From the NCBI GenBank assembly GCA_002425325.1, contig DIMA01000018.1, positions 8,259 through 72,258 on the forward strand: a stretch of DNA of 64,000 nt, read 5' to 3'. Within the stretch, counting starts at the first letter, position 1. Each line of letters starts with the position of its first letter. The notes beneath the pieces were generated by a model, which had not been told where the DNA came from, made no database searches, and saw nothing but the letters and a program-made list of their open reading frames with translations. Source of the DNA: Bacillales bacterium UBA5578 (GTDB lineage: Bacteria > Bacillota_I > Bacilli_A > RF39 > UBA660). Below are positions 11,300 through 21,622 of this stretch, one piece after another. The translations under genes and the position numbers were made by a program.

Positions 11300-12877
11300 A
11301 TGATTTTAAGAAAACCATATGCATTTGTAATAAAACACTTTAAATTAATTCATTTAATCTGTTTTGTTTTAGTAGGTTTATTAATAATGAATACATTAAC
11401 TACTATGACATTTTTAAATGAATTTTTAAAATCAAATTTAGCATATATAAATAGAGCTGATTTTAATAGTAATTTTAGTTGGACTTTATTGGTAGTACCA
11501 GTAGTAATACTTGCAATATTTATTGGTATTTCTGCTCTTATGTATATGAAACAAAAACCAATTAAATTTTATATATTTTCTATAATAGGGTTAAGTTTAA
11601 TATTTGCTTTCAATATATATGTTAGAGGCATAATGTATTCAATGATTGAAAGTATGCAATCAGTACAAACTATAAAAGTATTAGCGGACTTCTTGTTATT
11701 TTCAGTGTTTTTTGAATTATTTGTGTTATTAACATGTTTTATAAGAGGTATTGGATTTAATATTAGTAGATTTGATTTTAATACTGATTTAAATGAAATG
11801 ATTGAAGAAAACGATAATGAAGAAGTAGAATTTCAATTTGATTTAGATTTAAATGATATTAAAAGAAATAGTAATAAAACAAAAAGACAAATAAGATATT
11901 TTTATAAAGAGAATCAATCTATTATTAAATATACAGGAATGGTTATAATAGGAATATTTGCAATATTAGGTATAAAATTATTTTTAGATAGTAGAAAAGA
12001 TATTACTCGAGGTCCTATATCATATAATGATTTTACCTTTGAAGTAGTTGATAGTTATATTACTAATACTGATATTAATTATAAAGAATTAGATAATAAT
12101 ACGTATTTAATAGTTGTTAAAGCCAATATTACTAATGATAATACAAAAGAAGCACAAGTATTTAAAACAGGGACTTTAGTTTTAAATTTAGATAATAATT
12201 TATTTAAAACAACTGATGCATATGGAAATGCAACACAAGATATTGGTGATAATTATACTCACTTTGCAATAGCACCAGAACAAACAAAAGAAGTATTATT
12301 TACTTTTGCAATACCTAAGAATCATATTAAGTCAAAAAAATATATAGGCGTTAGGGATTTATATGGTCAACATACGACATATATTAAATTAAATCCTGAA
12401 AAACTATATAATATGAATGAAGAAAAAATAGAATCTAAGGTAGGAAAATCAATATTATTAGATAATAGTACTATCAAAGGTACTGAATTTACAATAAAGA
12501 ATGTTGAATTTGCTGAAAAATTTAAACTACAATATAACTACAGATATTCTAAAGATAAAACTTTTGCTTCAATAGAATATGTAACTCCTAAGGTATTAGA
12601 TAAAAAAGTTGATAAGGCAATTATGAAATTAAATATTAAGTATCATAATAAAGAGAGTAAAGAATTTATGTACTTAGTTGATAAATTTGGTTCGTTAGAA
12701 TATGAGATTGCTGGGAAAAAATATACTCAAAACAAAGGTATTAATAGAGTTATTCCAACTTCAATAAAAAATAACGAGATATATTATTTAGAAATTAATA
12801 AAAATATATTAGATGCTGATAAGGTTACATTAGTATTTAAAATAAGAAATATAGAATATAGATATAAGTTAAAATAG
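11300..12877 (+). CDS. Membrane protein with 4-5 N-terminal TM helices and a large extracytoplasmic C-terminal domain. First gene of the accessory island.
   Basis: Hydrophobic segments in residues 1-230 followed by a hydrophilic N/K-rich domain. An extended -10 'tgtatact' lies upstream at ~11260. Confidence 0.4.
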   Translation: MILRKPYAFVIKHFKLIHLICFVLVGLLIMNTLTTMTFLNEFLKSNLAYINRADFNSNFSWTLLVVPVVILAIFIGISALMYMKQKPIKFYIFSIIGLSLIFAFNIYVRGIMYSMIESMQSVQTIKVLADFLLFSVFFELFVLLTCFIRGIGFNISRFDFNTDLNEMIEENDNEEVEFQFDLDLNDIKRNSNKTKRQIRYFYKENQSIIKYTGMVIIGIFAILGIKLFLDSRKDITRGPISYNDFTFEVVDSYITNTDINYKELDNNTYLIVVKANITNDNTKEAQVFKTGTLVLNLDNNLFKTTDAYGNATQDIGDNYTHFAIAPEQTKEVLFTFAIPKNHIKSKKYIGVRDLYGQHTTYIKLNPEKLYNMNEEKIESKVGKSILLDNSTIKGTEFTIKNVEFAEKFKLQYNYRYSKDKTFASIEYVTPKVLDKKVDKAIMKLNIKYHNKESKEFMYLVDKFGSLEYEIAGKKYTQNKGINRVIPTSIKNNEIYYLEINKNILDADKVTLVFKIRNIEYRYKLK

Positions 12878-12887
12878 GAGGTAATAG

Positions 12888-13550
12888 ATGAAAAAGAAAA
12901 TATTATTTTTTATAATTGCATTATTATCTCCAATGATGGTTAATGCATTAAATTGTAGTGATGAAGAATATGCTAATGTATCAAAATTAGCATCAAACGT
13001 TAAATTAAGTTATGAATATAAAATAGATGAAAACAATAATATAACTTATGTTATTACATTTAGTAATTTAACAAGTGATATGAGAATATTAGATAATAAA
13101 CTAGTTAAAATATATCAAGGTTTTAGAACAGGTAGAGATTTTTCTTTTATTTCTACAGTTGATGGTTCATATAATTTTGAATTATATTCTATTAGTTGTT
13201 CATCTAAATTAACTAATAAAACAATACATATACCTAGTTATAATAAACTGGCTATTGATAAAAGATGTAATGGATTAGAAGAATATAATGTATGTAATAG
13301 ATGGTCAAGTTATACAGCTGATGAAGAAAAATTTGAGAAAGATTTAAAAGCAGCAAAAGAAGATTATAAAAAAAGAAACGAAACTAAAAAAGATAATAGT
13401 AAAAGAGAATATACTTTTATGGATCAATTAATTAGATTTGTAGCTAAATATTTGATTTTAATTGTTGGTATATTATTAATATTAATTTTAATTGCAAACT
13501 TACTTTATAAGAAACATAAAGAAAAAACTGAGTTTAACTTTAAATTATAG
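12888..13550 (+). CDS. Secreted protein with a signal peptide and a C-terminal TM anchor.
   Basis: Signal peptide 'MKKKILFFIIALLSPMMVNA'. C-terminal 'ILIVGILLILILIANLLYKKHK'. GGAGG RBS. Confidence 0.4.
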   Translation: MKKKILFFIIALLSPMMVNALNCSDEEYANVSKLASNVKLSYEYKIDENNNITYVITFSNLTSDMRILDNKLVKIYQGFRTGRDFSFISTVDGSYNFELYSISCSSKLTNKTIHIPSYNKLAIDKRCNGLEEYNVCNRWSSYTADEEKFEKDLKAAKEDYKKRNETKKDNSKREYTFMDQLIRFVAKYLILIVGILLILILIANLLYKKHKEKTEFNFKL

Positions 13551-13653
13551 TGGATTAATATCCACTATTTTTTTGTAAATAAAATGTCTTGTTTTTAAAC
13601 AGTATTTAATGTATAATTATTTTAGTGTAAAAATATGTAAGATAGGTGATTAT

Positions 13654-16600
13654 ATGATAAAAAAATTATTGAAAACATTAATAGTGACAAGTGTTTTCTT
13701 ATTAATATTAACTATGACATTTGTACCAAAAGTAAATGCTGAAGTATGGTCAGGAGGAGGAAACGGAAATCCATTTGTGCCAGGTAGTGGTGGACCGTCG
13801 AATTGTTTTAGAGAAGTTTTTGCTTTTGGAGTTAGAATAACAATTGTAGATATTAATTCGGGGCAAAGAATTTCTGGGACAAAAACGATTGATTATTGGC
13901 AAAATGTTAGCACTGCAAAACACGGGCCTGATATTTTAAAAATAGAAGGCTTTGATTATGGTCATTTTGGATATCATTCTAAGCAAGAAACTATTAATGG
14001 TATATCTACTATTGCTCAATATAGTTGGGATGATTCTAATAATAAGTTATTACAAGATATTGGAATAATGTCAACCACAAATTATGCTGCAAAAACATAT
14101 GATGCTACAGATACTGTATATGGTAATAACTGTGCTAATGATGTAAGACAAGAATTAGATATTTGGTTTCAAAATAAAGAAAAAACTAAGATAGCTAAAA
14201 TATTAACAAATGCAGGAGTAACAGGAAATAATACTGAAGAAATAATCAATAAGTCAAAAAACTATGTTATTCAAATAGAACCTTTAATGGCGACTGGTCA
14301 AACCTTTGCTTGTAATTCATCTCAAGATGGTAAAAGAATAGGTACGCCAACTCAATATTCTCTTCATTGGGATCAAGTTTATAATAATTATATATTAAAG
14401 GTTAGTTCATATTGGTATCCTTATATTTTTGCAAAAAAATCAGCAGGATATACTAAAGTAGCCAATTTAAATTTATGTGATTCGGTTATTGCTGATAATG
14501 TATCTAGAGCTACAATCGCTACAGATTCATGTATAGCTGTTTCTTTGTATAGAATAAAAGATATAGTAGATGACTTATGTCCTACAGAATATGAAAGTAA
14601 TAAAACAGCTATTTTAGGTAATAGAACAGTTAGAAATGAATTTATGAGCAGATATAATTTACCTAATGATTTTGATAGTAGTGGTAATTTAGGAGGATTG
14701 TCAGATTTAGCGTTAACTTTATATGGTGCTCCATCTAATGGAGATTTAGCATGTGGTACATATAGTTGTAATGATAATGCTAATGCTATATACAATAAAT
14801 TTTTTAGTTCTAATCCAACAAAGTATAATTCATTAATAACACAAATGTATAATAAATCTGGAAAAAAATATAATCTATTACTAACTCAATTTTGGCAAGT
14901 TGCAAATCCAAGTGGGCCAACGTGTGGTAAAACAGAATCATGTCTTGCTACAAAAGATATAAATTGTGATACGGCTAGTAATAAAGTATTAGTAATATCT
15001 GATTCTAATGAAAAAAGATGTTGGTATACTAATGAAATAGGATATAACAATCAAAGTAGTCATATTATTCCTATAAAAGCTAAAGATACTGGCTGTGTTG
15101 ATGGTGTTGAAGATAGTTGTAATACTTACAGAGATACGGGTTGTAAAATAGTTTGTAGACAAACTGTTACGTTTGAATTTCCAGGAAATGTTGTTAATAA
15201 AGTAAAAGCTGGTATGGTATTTAAATGGGGAACAGATAACAATAAATCAACTAGTTTGTTTGGAAAAATGAAAGTTAAAATGACTTGTCAAGTTAAGTCG
15301 AATGGAAATGATTGTAGAACTCATAAGAGAATACATAGGGCTAATGATAAATGTTATCATAAAAGTTCTTGGAAGGATTCTAAATCTGGGTTTGTATGCT
15401 ATGGCGGTTGGGAAGATCAAGAAGTTGATGATCTATCTAGTTGCAAAACCCCTTATCCACCAGGTCATGCAAAAGCTGGTGAATGTAAAGAATATAATAA
15501 AAAAACACAATATAGATGTAAAGAAATTCATAGTTTTGACTGGGCAACTTGGGTGCCAGCCCATGGATATTTAAATTCTACAGTTAAATTACCGGATTTA
15601 AGTAACTTAGATACTAAAGTAAATATAGATTATAACTTAAGATATAGTGTAAATGGTGATTTGGAAAAAACACTTATAAGTGGTGAGTCTCAAAATAATG
15701 GAGCAACAGTTACTTGCTATAAAGGTGCTAAAAATAATTGTAAATTAGGTGGCTTAGATATATCTACACATACGAGAGATGTAGTCGGAACATATGAGTT
15801 AAAATATACTAAAAAATTTAATTGGTATTCATCTAAATTAGATGGTACATTATATGATAAGAGTGATTATGATTCAAAAACATCGTCTGATAGTAGTAAA
15901 AAATCATTCTATTACTATATAGGATATAGTATGCCTACTTCATTTAAAACTCATTCTGGAACTTATAATGATAAATTAGTCGCTACTGTAAGTAATGTTG
16001 GATTTAATGATCATTTTGATAGTTTATTAGGTGGAACTGGTTCGTTTGTATATTCTTGTGGATTAAAAATTCATAACGAAATATATGATAACGAATGTTA
16101 TGATGAAAATGGTAATCTTTTACCAAATGCTCCGGCATATTGTTTACCTTCAAATGATCCAAAAGGAATAGACGTTGTATTTAGAGAAGTTCAATTAATA
16201 AACGGTTCTACAGATAAACATATAAGATATGCATTCCCAGGTGCTAAGGCTAATGCATTCTCTAGTGGTAAACCTAGACAAAAAGGTGCAAACTGGGCGG
16301 TATTAACTAATCAAGAAATATATAATGTTTTAAATGTTAATGTATATAATAATAAACCAATGTATGAAATTAAATTAGATACAAGAGTTATTACAAATAT
16401 TAGAGATATTAATAAAAAAGCAAAAAACAAAAATAAAGATCCATATTCAGGTATGCATGATATGAGTGGTAATAACAAAACATTGGCTGGTGGCTTCATT
16501 GGATATAAATGTTTAGATGGAGTTAACGGAAAATATTGTGCTAGTTCATTCTTATCAGAGTTATATAATAAATATGGATTAACTGGTGAATGTATATGGA

Positions 16601-16668
16601 CATCAAATACAAGTGATAGAGCTAACAGAATAGCTAATGGTACATATAAAAAATGTAAAAATGTTTAA
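13654..16668 (+). CDS. Very large (~1005 aa) Cys-rich secreted protein. Candidate adhesin or pilus-associated tip protein. The start was moved to the Met that follows the RBS.
   Basis: Signal peptide 'MIKKLLKTLIVTSVFLLILTMTFVPKVNAEV'. More than 40 Cys, many in CxxC or C..C pairs. No TM after the signal peptide. Confidence 0.5.
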   Translation: MIKKLLKTLIVTSVFLLILTMTFVPKVNAEVWSGGGNGNPFVPGSGGPSNCFREVFAFGVRITIVDINSGQRISGTKTIDYWQNVSTAKHGPDILKIEGFDYGHFGYHSKQETINGISTIAQYSWDDSNNKLLQDIGIMSTTNYAAKTYDATDTVYGNNCANDVRQELDIWFQNKEKTKIAKILTNAGVTGNNTEEIINKSKNYVIQIEPLMATGQTFACNSSQDGKRIGTPTQYSLHWDQVYNNYILKVSSYWYPYIFAKKSAGYTKVANLNLCDSVIADNVSRATIATDSCIAVSLYRIKDIVDDLCPTEYESNKTAILGNRTVRNEFMSRYNLPNDFDSSGNLGGLSDLALTLYGAPSNGDLACGTYSCNDNANAIYNKFFSSNPTKYNSLITQMYNKSGKKYNLLLTQFWQVANPSGPTCGKTESCLATKDINCDTASNKVLVISDSNEKRCWYTNEIGYNNQSSHIIPIKAKDTGCVDGVEDSCNTYRDTGCKIVCRQTVTFEFPGNVVNKVKAGMVFKWGTDNNKSTSLFGKMKVKMTCQVKSNGNDCRTHKRIHRANDKCYHKSSWKDSKSGFVCYGGWEDQEVDDLSSCKTPYPPGHAKAGECKEYNKKTQYRCKEIHSFDWATWVPAHGYLNSTVKLPDLSNLDTKVNIDYNLRYSVNGDLEKTLISGESQNNGATVTCYKGAKNNCKLGGLDISTHTRDVVGTYELKYTKKFNWYSSKLDGTLYDKSDYDSKTSSDSSKKSFYYYIGYSMPTSFKTHSGTYNDKLVATVSNVGFNDHFDSLLGGTGSFVYSCGLKIHNEIYDNECYDENGNLLPNAPAYCLPSNDPKGIDVVFREVQLINGSTDKHIRYAFPGAKANAFSSGKPRQKGANWAVLTNQEIYNVLNVNVYNNKPMYEIKLDTRVITNIRDINKKAKNKNKDPYSGMHDMSGNNKTLAGGFIGYKCLDGVNGKYCASSFLSELYNKYGLTGECIWTSNTSDRANRIANGTYKKCKNV

Positions 16669-16694
16669 AACAAGGTTGATTAACCTTGTTTTTT
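16669..16694 (+). terminator. Strong rho-independent terminator after the Cys-rich protein gene.
   Basis: aaacaaggtt-gatt-aaccttgttttttat: 9-bp stem followed by a T-run. Confidence 0.7.
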
Positions 16695-16877
16695 ATATAA
16701 TTTTCACATTTCAATATTTTGAAAAAAGGTATGGAATAAACATAAAAAGTATGTTATACTATTAATAGTATTTATGATAGGTAATAATAGATGTGTTGTT
16801 TTTATGGATTGGACACATCTTTTATACCGAGATAGTGCTGGTAATAGTTTATGTATATTTAGGTAGGAGGTGTCTGA

Positions 16878-17294
16878 ATGAAAGAATCATTTTGGGCAAT
16901 GATGGTTGTAGGACTTGGAATTGTTTCTATCTTGTTCATTTATTATTTTCAATCAGTTACAAATACAAGTGAACATAATTATGAATTAGTAAAAGAATCG
17001 ACTGAGGCTGCTATGTTTGACTCACTTGATCTTGCGGCTTATCGTCAAGATAGAACTATTAGGATTGATAGAGAAAAGTTTGTAGATAGTTTTTTAAGAA
17101 GATTTTCTGAAAATGCTAGTTTATCAAATGAGTATGATATCAAAATATATGATGTCAATCAAAAACCTCCAAAAGTTAGTATAAAAGTAACATCAAGAGG
17201 TAGTGATATTGCATTTAGTATAACTGGTGAAAGTGTTAATTCATATATTACTACACAAATTGATGGTATTTTAGAAGCTAAATATGCAAATTAA
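16878..17294 (+). CDS. TadE-like minor pilin/pseudopilin candidate. First gene of the Tad-like operon.
   Basis: N-terminus 'MKESFWAMMVVGLGIVSILFIYYF' shares the 'MKES' leader plus hydrophobic helix with ORFs 21623 and 22132. Size 138 aa. GGAGG RBS. Confidence 0.4.
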   Translation: MKESFWAMMVVGLGIVSILFIYYFQSVTNTSEHNYELVKESTEAAMFDSLDLAAYRQDRTIRIDREKFVDSFLRRFSENASLSNEYDIKIYDVNQKPPKVSIKVTSRGSDIAFSITGESVNSYITTQIDGILEAKYAN

Positions 17295-17318
17295 GTTTAT
17301 TAGAGAGGGGAAATATTA

Positions 17319-18188
17319 ATGAATAATTTAGTTATTTCATCAAAAAAATTTATTACTAACAAAAATACAGTAACAATTATAGGTGTTGTTGTTATATTAG
17401 TTATTTTATATTTCTTATATAGCTCAACAGTAAGTAAAGCTACTCAAATGATTGAAGTTCCAGTAGCTGCAAAAACAATTAATCCACAAACACAAATAAC
17501 TGCAGATGATGTAACTTATATTGAAGTTGCTAATGCTGCAAAACCAGATAACGTTTTAACTAACGAAAATGATATCGTTGGTAAGTATTCTGGTGTAGGA
17601 TCAACTATTCCAGAAGGAAGTATGTTCTATGATCAAGCAGTTGTAGAAAAAGATGATCTACCTGGAAGTTGGTTAACTAGATTAGAAAAAAATTCATTAG
17701 GGGAATTAGATATTCCAATTTATATAAGTGTTGATACTACTACTACATATGGTAACTCAATTCAACCAGATATGTATGTTGATATCTATGTTAAAGCTGT
17801 TAATGAAAAAGAAGTATTAATGTTTGGTAAAATGTTAAGTAATATTAAAGTATTAGCTACAACTGATAGTGATGGTAAAGATGTATTTAGAAGTTCAGAA
17901 GATATTGGTACACCTGCTTTCTTAAATTTTGGTGTAAGTGCTGATAATTTTGATTTATTAAAGAAAGCAATCTACTTAGATGGTAAACAAATAGAATTAG
18001 TTGTTGTACCACATGGTGGTGCTGAAAAAGAAACAGGACTAGAAGTTAATGTATCAAGTGAATATTTAAGAGATTATATTCAAAATTTAACATTCGAATT
18101 ACCACAAAATGCTGAAGTAACAACTCCTGAAACTACTCCAGGAACAACACCAGAAGTTACTACTCCAGTTGTTACTCCAACAAATTAA
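17319..18188 (+). CDS. cpaB: Flp pilus assembly protein CpaB/RcpC-like (SAF-domain protein).
   Basis: N-terminal TM, then 'VPVAAKTINPQTQITADDV...' consistent with an SAF/CpaB domain. Thr/Pro-rich C-terminus. Position immediately upstream of tadA. Confidence 0.55.
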   Translation: MNNLVISSKKFITNKNTVTIIGVVVILVILYFLYSSTVSKATQMIEVPVAAKTINPQTQITADDVTYIEVANAAKPDNVLTNENDIVGKYSGVGSTIPEGSMFYDQAVVEKDDLPGSWLTRLEKNSLGELDIPIYISVDTTTTYGNSIQPDMYVDIYVKAVNEKEVLMFGKMLSNIKVLATTDSDGKDVFRSSEDIGTPAFLNFGVSADNFDLLKKAIYLDGKQIELVVVPHGGAEKETGLEVNVSSEYLRDYIQNLTFELPQNAEVTTPETTPGTTPEVTTPVVTPTN

Positions 18189-18210
18189 TAATTATAGAAA
18201 AAGGGGATAG

Positions 18211-19536
18211 ATGATGGATAATATATTTGATCAAATGGACTTTGGTCCATTACAACAATATTTAGATAATGATGATGTTACAGATATTTCATATAGTAAT
18301 GGTGGACAAGTTTGGTTAAAAACATTATCACACGGAATATTTAGAATTGAAAATCCAGCTATAAACAATGCGTTTATGGAAAGACTGGCATTTCAATGTT
18401 CGAATGTTGTAGGGCATAGCTTTAATGCAGCCCATCCTTTTCTAGATAGTGAAGACGCTGAGTTACGTATGAATTTTATACATGAATCAATTGCAAAAAA
18501 TGGTATTGCATGTGTTATTCGTAAAACTCCAGCTAAAATAAGATTAGAAAAAGATAAAATTATAGCAGATAAATATATTACAGAAGATATTCATGAATTA
18601 TTAATTCATTGTGTTCATGGACATTGTAATATAATTGTATGTGGAGAAACAGGTTCAGGTAAAACAGAGTTTGTTAAATATTTAGCTTCACATACTAAAG
18701 AAAATGAAAAAATAATTACTATCGAAGATACTCTAGAACTTCACTTGGATAGAATTTATCCACATAGAGATATAGTTGCAATGAAAACTAATAATGTTGC
18801 TTCATATTCAGATGTTTTAGTTTCTTGTATGAGACAAAATCCAAAATGGATATTACTTTCCGAAGTTCGTAGTGCTGAAGCAGTTACTGCAACACGTAAC
18901 TCAATATCATCAGGACATTATATTTTATCAACAATACATGCTGATAAAGCTTCTTCTATTCCTAACCGTATGTATGGTCTTATGGAAACAAGTCAAGATG
19001 TTGATCAATTTTTAAAAACTTTTTATAGGTACATTCAAATTGGTGTATATATTAGAGGTTACCAAGATAAGAAAACTCAAAGATTTGTTCGTGAAATAGC
19101 AGAAGTTTGTGAATTTTATGTTACAGAAGAAAATGAAGCAAAATATAATGTAATTTATAAGAAAACCCCTGATGGAAAAGTTGTTAAGAAAGAACCAACT
19201 CAATATCTATTAGATTATCTTGAAAGTCAAGGTGTTATATTACCATCTGGTTTAATTAAAGAGGAAACTATAGATACAGGTGAAGTTGCATTTGGTGTTG
19301 ATACAATTTCTTCATCAGGTGGTATGAGTATTGAAGATTTTAATAATGGTAGTGATATGAATAACGGAGTCGAAATCCCTAAGGATATTAATGAAGATTC
19401 CGTAAATAATCAAGTTGATACACAACAAGTTGTTCAAACTGAAAATAATAGTGTATCTTCAGGGCAGGAAGTTGTACAAACAGTTCAACCAGTACAACAA
19501 CCATCAGTTAATCCAACTGAACAAAATATTGGTTAA
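18211..19536 (+). CDS. tadA: TadA/CpaF-family secretion ATPase (T2SSE/VirB11 superfamily).
   Basis: Walker A 'CGETGSGKTEF'. 'ITIEDTLEL' corresponds to the Asp box. 'ILLSEVR' is the Walker B/His-box region. T2SSF-like genes lie directly downstream. Confidence 0.8.
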   Translation: MMDNIFDQMDFGPLQQYLDNDDVTDISYSNGGQVWLKTLSHGIFRIENPAINNAFMERLAFQCSNVVGHSFNAAHPFLDSEDAELRMNFIHESIAKNGIACVIRKTPAKIRLEKDKIIADKYITEDIHELLIHCVHGHCNIIVCGETGSGKTEFVKYLASHTKENEKIITIEDTLELHLDRIYPHRDIVAMKTNNVASYSDVLVSCMRQNPKWILLSEVRSAEAVTATRNSISSGHYILSTIHADKASSIPNRMYGLMETSQDVDQFLKTFYRYIQIGVYIRGYQDKKTQRFVREIAEVCEFYVTEENEAKYNVIYKKTPDGKVVKKEPTQYLLDYLESQGVILPSGLIKEETIDTGEVAFGVDTISSSGGMSIEDFNNGSDMNNGVEIPKDINEDSVNNQVDTQQVVQTENNSVSSGQEVVQTVQPVQQPSVNPTEQNIG

Positions 19537-19556
19537 ATTAAATAGGAGGTGGATTT

Positions 19557-20462
19557 ATGTTAGGTATTTTAGCGTTTATATTAATAGGTGCAATTATTAT
19601 ATTTGTTATCTTATATAGAAATGCTAGTGGACAAAATCTATCAAGATATGTTGCGGAAAATACATCATTTATTTATGACAAATTTGCTCCATATACTTAT
19701 AGTTCTATAAGAGATAAAATTAAAGATTTAGGACAAGACTACACACCATATCAATATATGGTACAAGCTGTTGGTTTTGCAATAGGTGGAGCTATTATTT
19801 CATATTTATACTTTTATAATTTAATAATTTCTATTATTTATGGATTATGCGCAGTAGCAGTTACTCCATATTTAAATTATCTACGTTGTAAGAGATTATA
19901 TAGTGAATTTATTTTTGAACAAATTCAAGTATATACATCAAATACAATTATGGAATTTGCTACAACACAATCGTTTGTAAAATCACTTGAAGGTGTATAT
20001 AATTCAGGCGTGTTAGAAGATCCAGTAAAAACTGATGTTAAAGTAATGATAGATATGGCTTATGAAAACGGTACAATTGACCAATCATTAAGTTTCATGA
20101 GTACTAAATATGACTTCTATATGGTTAAGAATATGCATCAATTATTCTTACAAATTACAAATGAAGGTGCAAGAGATACAGCAGAATCTCTTGAAAATAT
20201 GTCTCAAGATATAGATACACTTGTTGAAAATGTATATAGAGATAGATTAGATAGAGCTCAATTCCATAAGAAATTTTTACAATTTGGAATTATATTATAT
20301 TTTATGTGTATGTTATTACAATTTATGTTAGGTAAAGATAAATATTTTGGTTTATTAGAATTATGGTATGTACAACTTATAATTCATGCTATATTAATTG
20401 TAAACTCTTACTTCTTGTTAAGTGGAGAAAAATATTATAATGAGAATGTAGGTGCTGAATAA
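19557..20462 (+). CDS. tadB: TadB-like (T2SSF family) inner-membrane pilus platform protein.
   Basis: ~300 aa with N- and C-terminal TM clusters. Adjacent to tadA. TAATG overlap with the next gene. Confidence 0.55.
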   Translation: MLGILAFILIGAIIIFVILYRNASGQNLSRYVAENTSFIYDKFAPYTYSSIRDKIKDLGQDYTPYQYMVQAVGFAIGGAIISYLYFYNLIISIIYGLCAVAVTPYLNYLRCKRLYSEFIFEQIQVYTSNTIMEFATTQSFVKSLEGVYNSGVLEDPVKTDVKVMIDMAYENGTIDQSLSFMSTKYDFYMVKNMHQLFLQITNEGARDTAESLENMSQDIDTLVENVYRDRLDRAQFHKKFLQFGIILYFMCMLLQFMLGKDKYFGLLELWYVQLIIHAILIVNSYFLLSGEKYYNENVGAE

Positions 20463-21247
20463 TGTGGTTTATTGTAATAGGTATTATATTAATTTTTATA
20501 TTAAATTATAATAAAGTAGTAGATACTCGTAAGTTTGTTACCGAATCTGGTGGTATTTTAAGTTATTTAATGGAAAATGATTATGAATTTTTATTAAATG
20601 TAAGATATCCTGGTAGAAATATTAATGCATATACAAGATTTCAAAAAAGATTAAGAGATGGTATTTTAGGAATACTTATTGTAATGTTTATTTTTATAAA
20701 TCAAATGTCATTGTTATATTTTGTAATTGCTGTAGTTGCAGGGTTCTTTGTTTTTAAAAATGATTATAATAATCTAAAAAGATACTATAAAGCAAATTTA
20801 AATCACGTTAATTCAATGCTTCCATATTATCTAAAAAACTTAGAAATATTAGTACAACATTATACAGTACCAGTTGCTTTAAGCAGAAGTATTGATAGTG
20901 CGCCTGAAGTATTCAGACCTGGACTAAGAAGATTAGTAGCAAAAATAGATGGTGGAGATTCAAGTGTTCAACCTTATATAGATTTTGCAAATGAGTATCC
21001 AGTTCGTGATTCAATGCGTATGATGCGTTTATTATATCGTTTAGGACTTGGTAGTCAACAAAATAAACATGATCAAGTAATGATGTTTTCTAGAACTGTT
21101 TCTGCTTTACAAAATAAAGCACGTGAACAAAAATATCAAAATCGTCTAGAAACAATGGAAAATAAAACATTAGTTATGCTTATTACTGCAGTAGCAGGTA
21201 TGTTAGCATTATTATTTATATCAATGATGCAAATAATGAATTTTTAA
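20462..21247 (+). CDS. tadC: TadC-like (T2SSF family) inner-membrane pilus platform protein.
   Basis: ~260 aa, TM helices at both ends, translationally coupled to tadB. Confidence 0.55.
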   Translation: MWFIVIGIILIFILNYNKVVDTRKFVTESGGILSYLMENDYEFLLNVRYPGRNINAYTRFQKRLRDGILGILIVMFIFINQMSLLYFVIAVVAGFFVFKNDYNNLKRYYKANLNHVNSMLPYYLKNLEILVQHYTVPVALSRSIDSAPEVFRPGLRRLVAKIDGGDSSVQPYIDFANEYPVRDSMRMMRLLYRLGLGSQQNKHDQVMMFSRTVSALQNKAREQKYQNRLETMENKTLVMLITAVAGMLALLFISMMQIMNF

Positions 21248-21306
21248 AAAAGAAAATAGTTTATGTTTTCTTTTTTTTTATTAAATTTAAAAATTATATA
21301 AAAATC

Positions 21307-21335
21307 TTGTTTAATATATAAAATAATGATATAAT
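21307..21335 (+). promoter_or_regulatory. Internal promoter upstream of the pilin gene: TTGTTT, 17 nt, then an extended -10 TGATATAAT.
   Basis: 'cttgtttaatatataaaataatgatataat'. It is preceded by a weak terminator-like hairpin after tadC (21248-21285). Confidence 0.5.
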
Positions 21336-21365
21336 TATCATAGTGTAAAGATAGGTGGTGAGGTT

Positions 21366-21599
21366 ATGAAAGAAGCAGCTGGAGAAGCTAACTTAACTGT
21401 TGTTGCAATTATCTTAATAGCTGTTGTAGTTGCTGTTGCTACACCATTAGTTAATAGTTTAATGGAAAACTCTGCAAATAGATCTTGTTGTACTGATGCA
21501 GGTGGTGTATGGAAAAGCAGTAAATGTACAAAAGCTAGTGGAAGTAAGGATTATGATTCAAAGAGTTATAATTCTTGTGTTAGTGCTGCAACAAAATAA
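21366..21599 (+). CDS. flp: Flp-like small pilin (77 aa), the candidate major pilin of the Tad-like system, with a Cys-rich C-terminus.
   Basis: 'MKEAAG|EANLTVVAIILIAVVVAVATPLV' is a short charged leader ending in Gly followed by ~22 hydrophobic residues. C-terminal 'SCCTD...KCTK...SCVS'. Strong GGTGGTGAGG RBS and its own promoter. Confidence 0.55.
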   Translation: MKEAAGEANLTVVAIILIAVVVAVATPLVNSLMENSANRSCCTDAGGVWKSSKCTKASGSKDYDSKSYNSCVSAATK

Positions 21600-21622
21600 T
21601 TTAGGTAGGAGGATAATAGCTT

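Noticed and set aside
21366-21599. Calling ORF 21366 a canonical Flp pilin with a G/XXXXEY motif.
   Set aside because: The Glu-Tyr at +5/+6 is absent (the sequence is 'G|EANLTV'). It is retained as 'Flp-like' only, on the basis of size, leader plus hydrophobic helix, genomic position and its own strong promoter.
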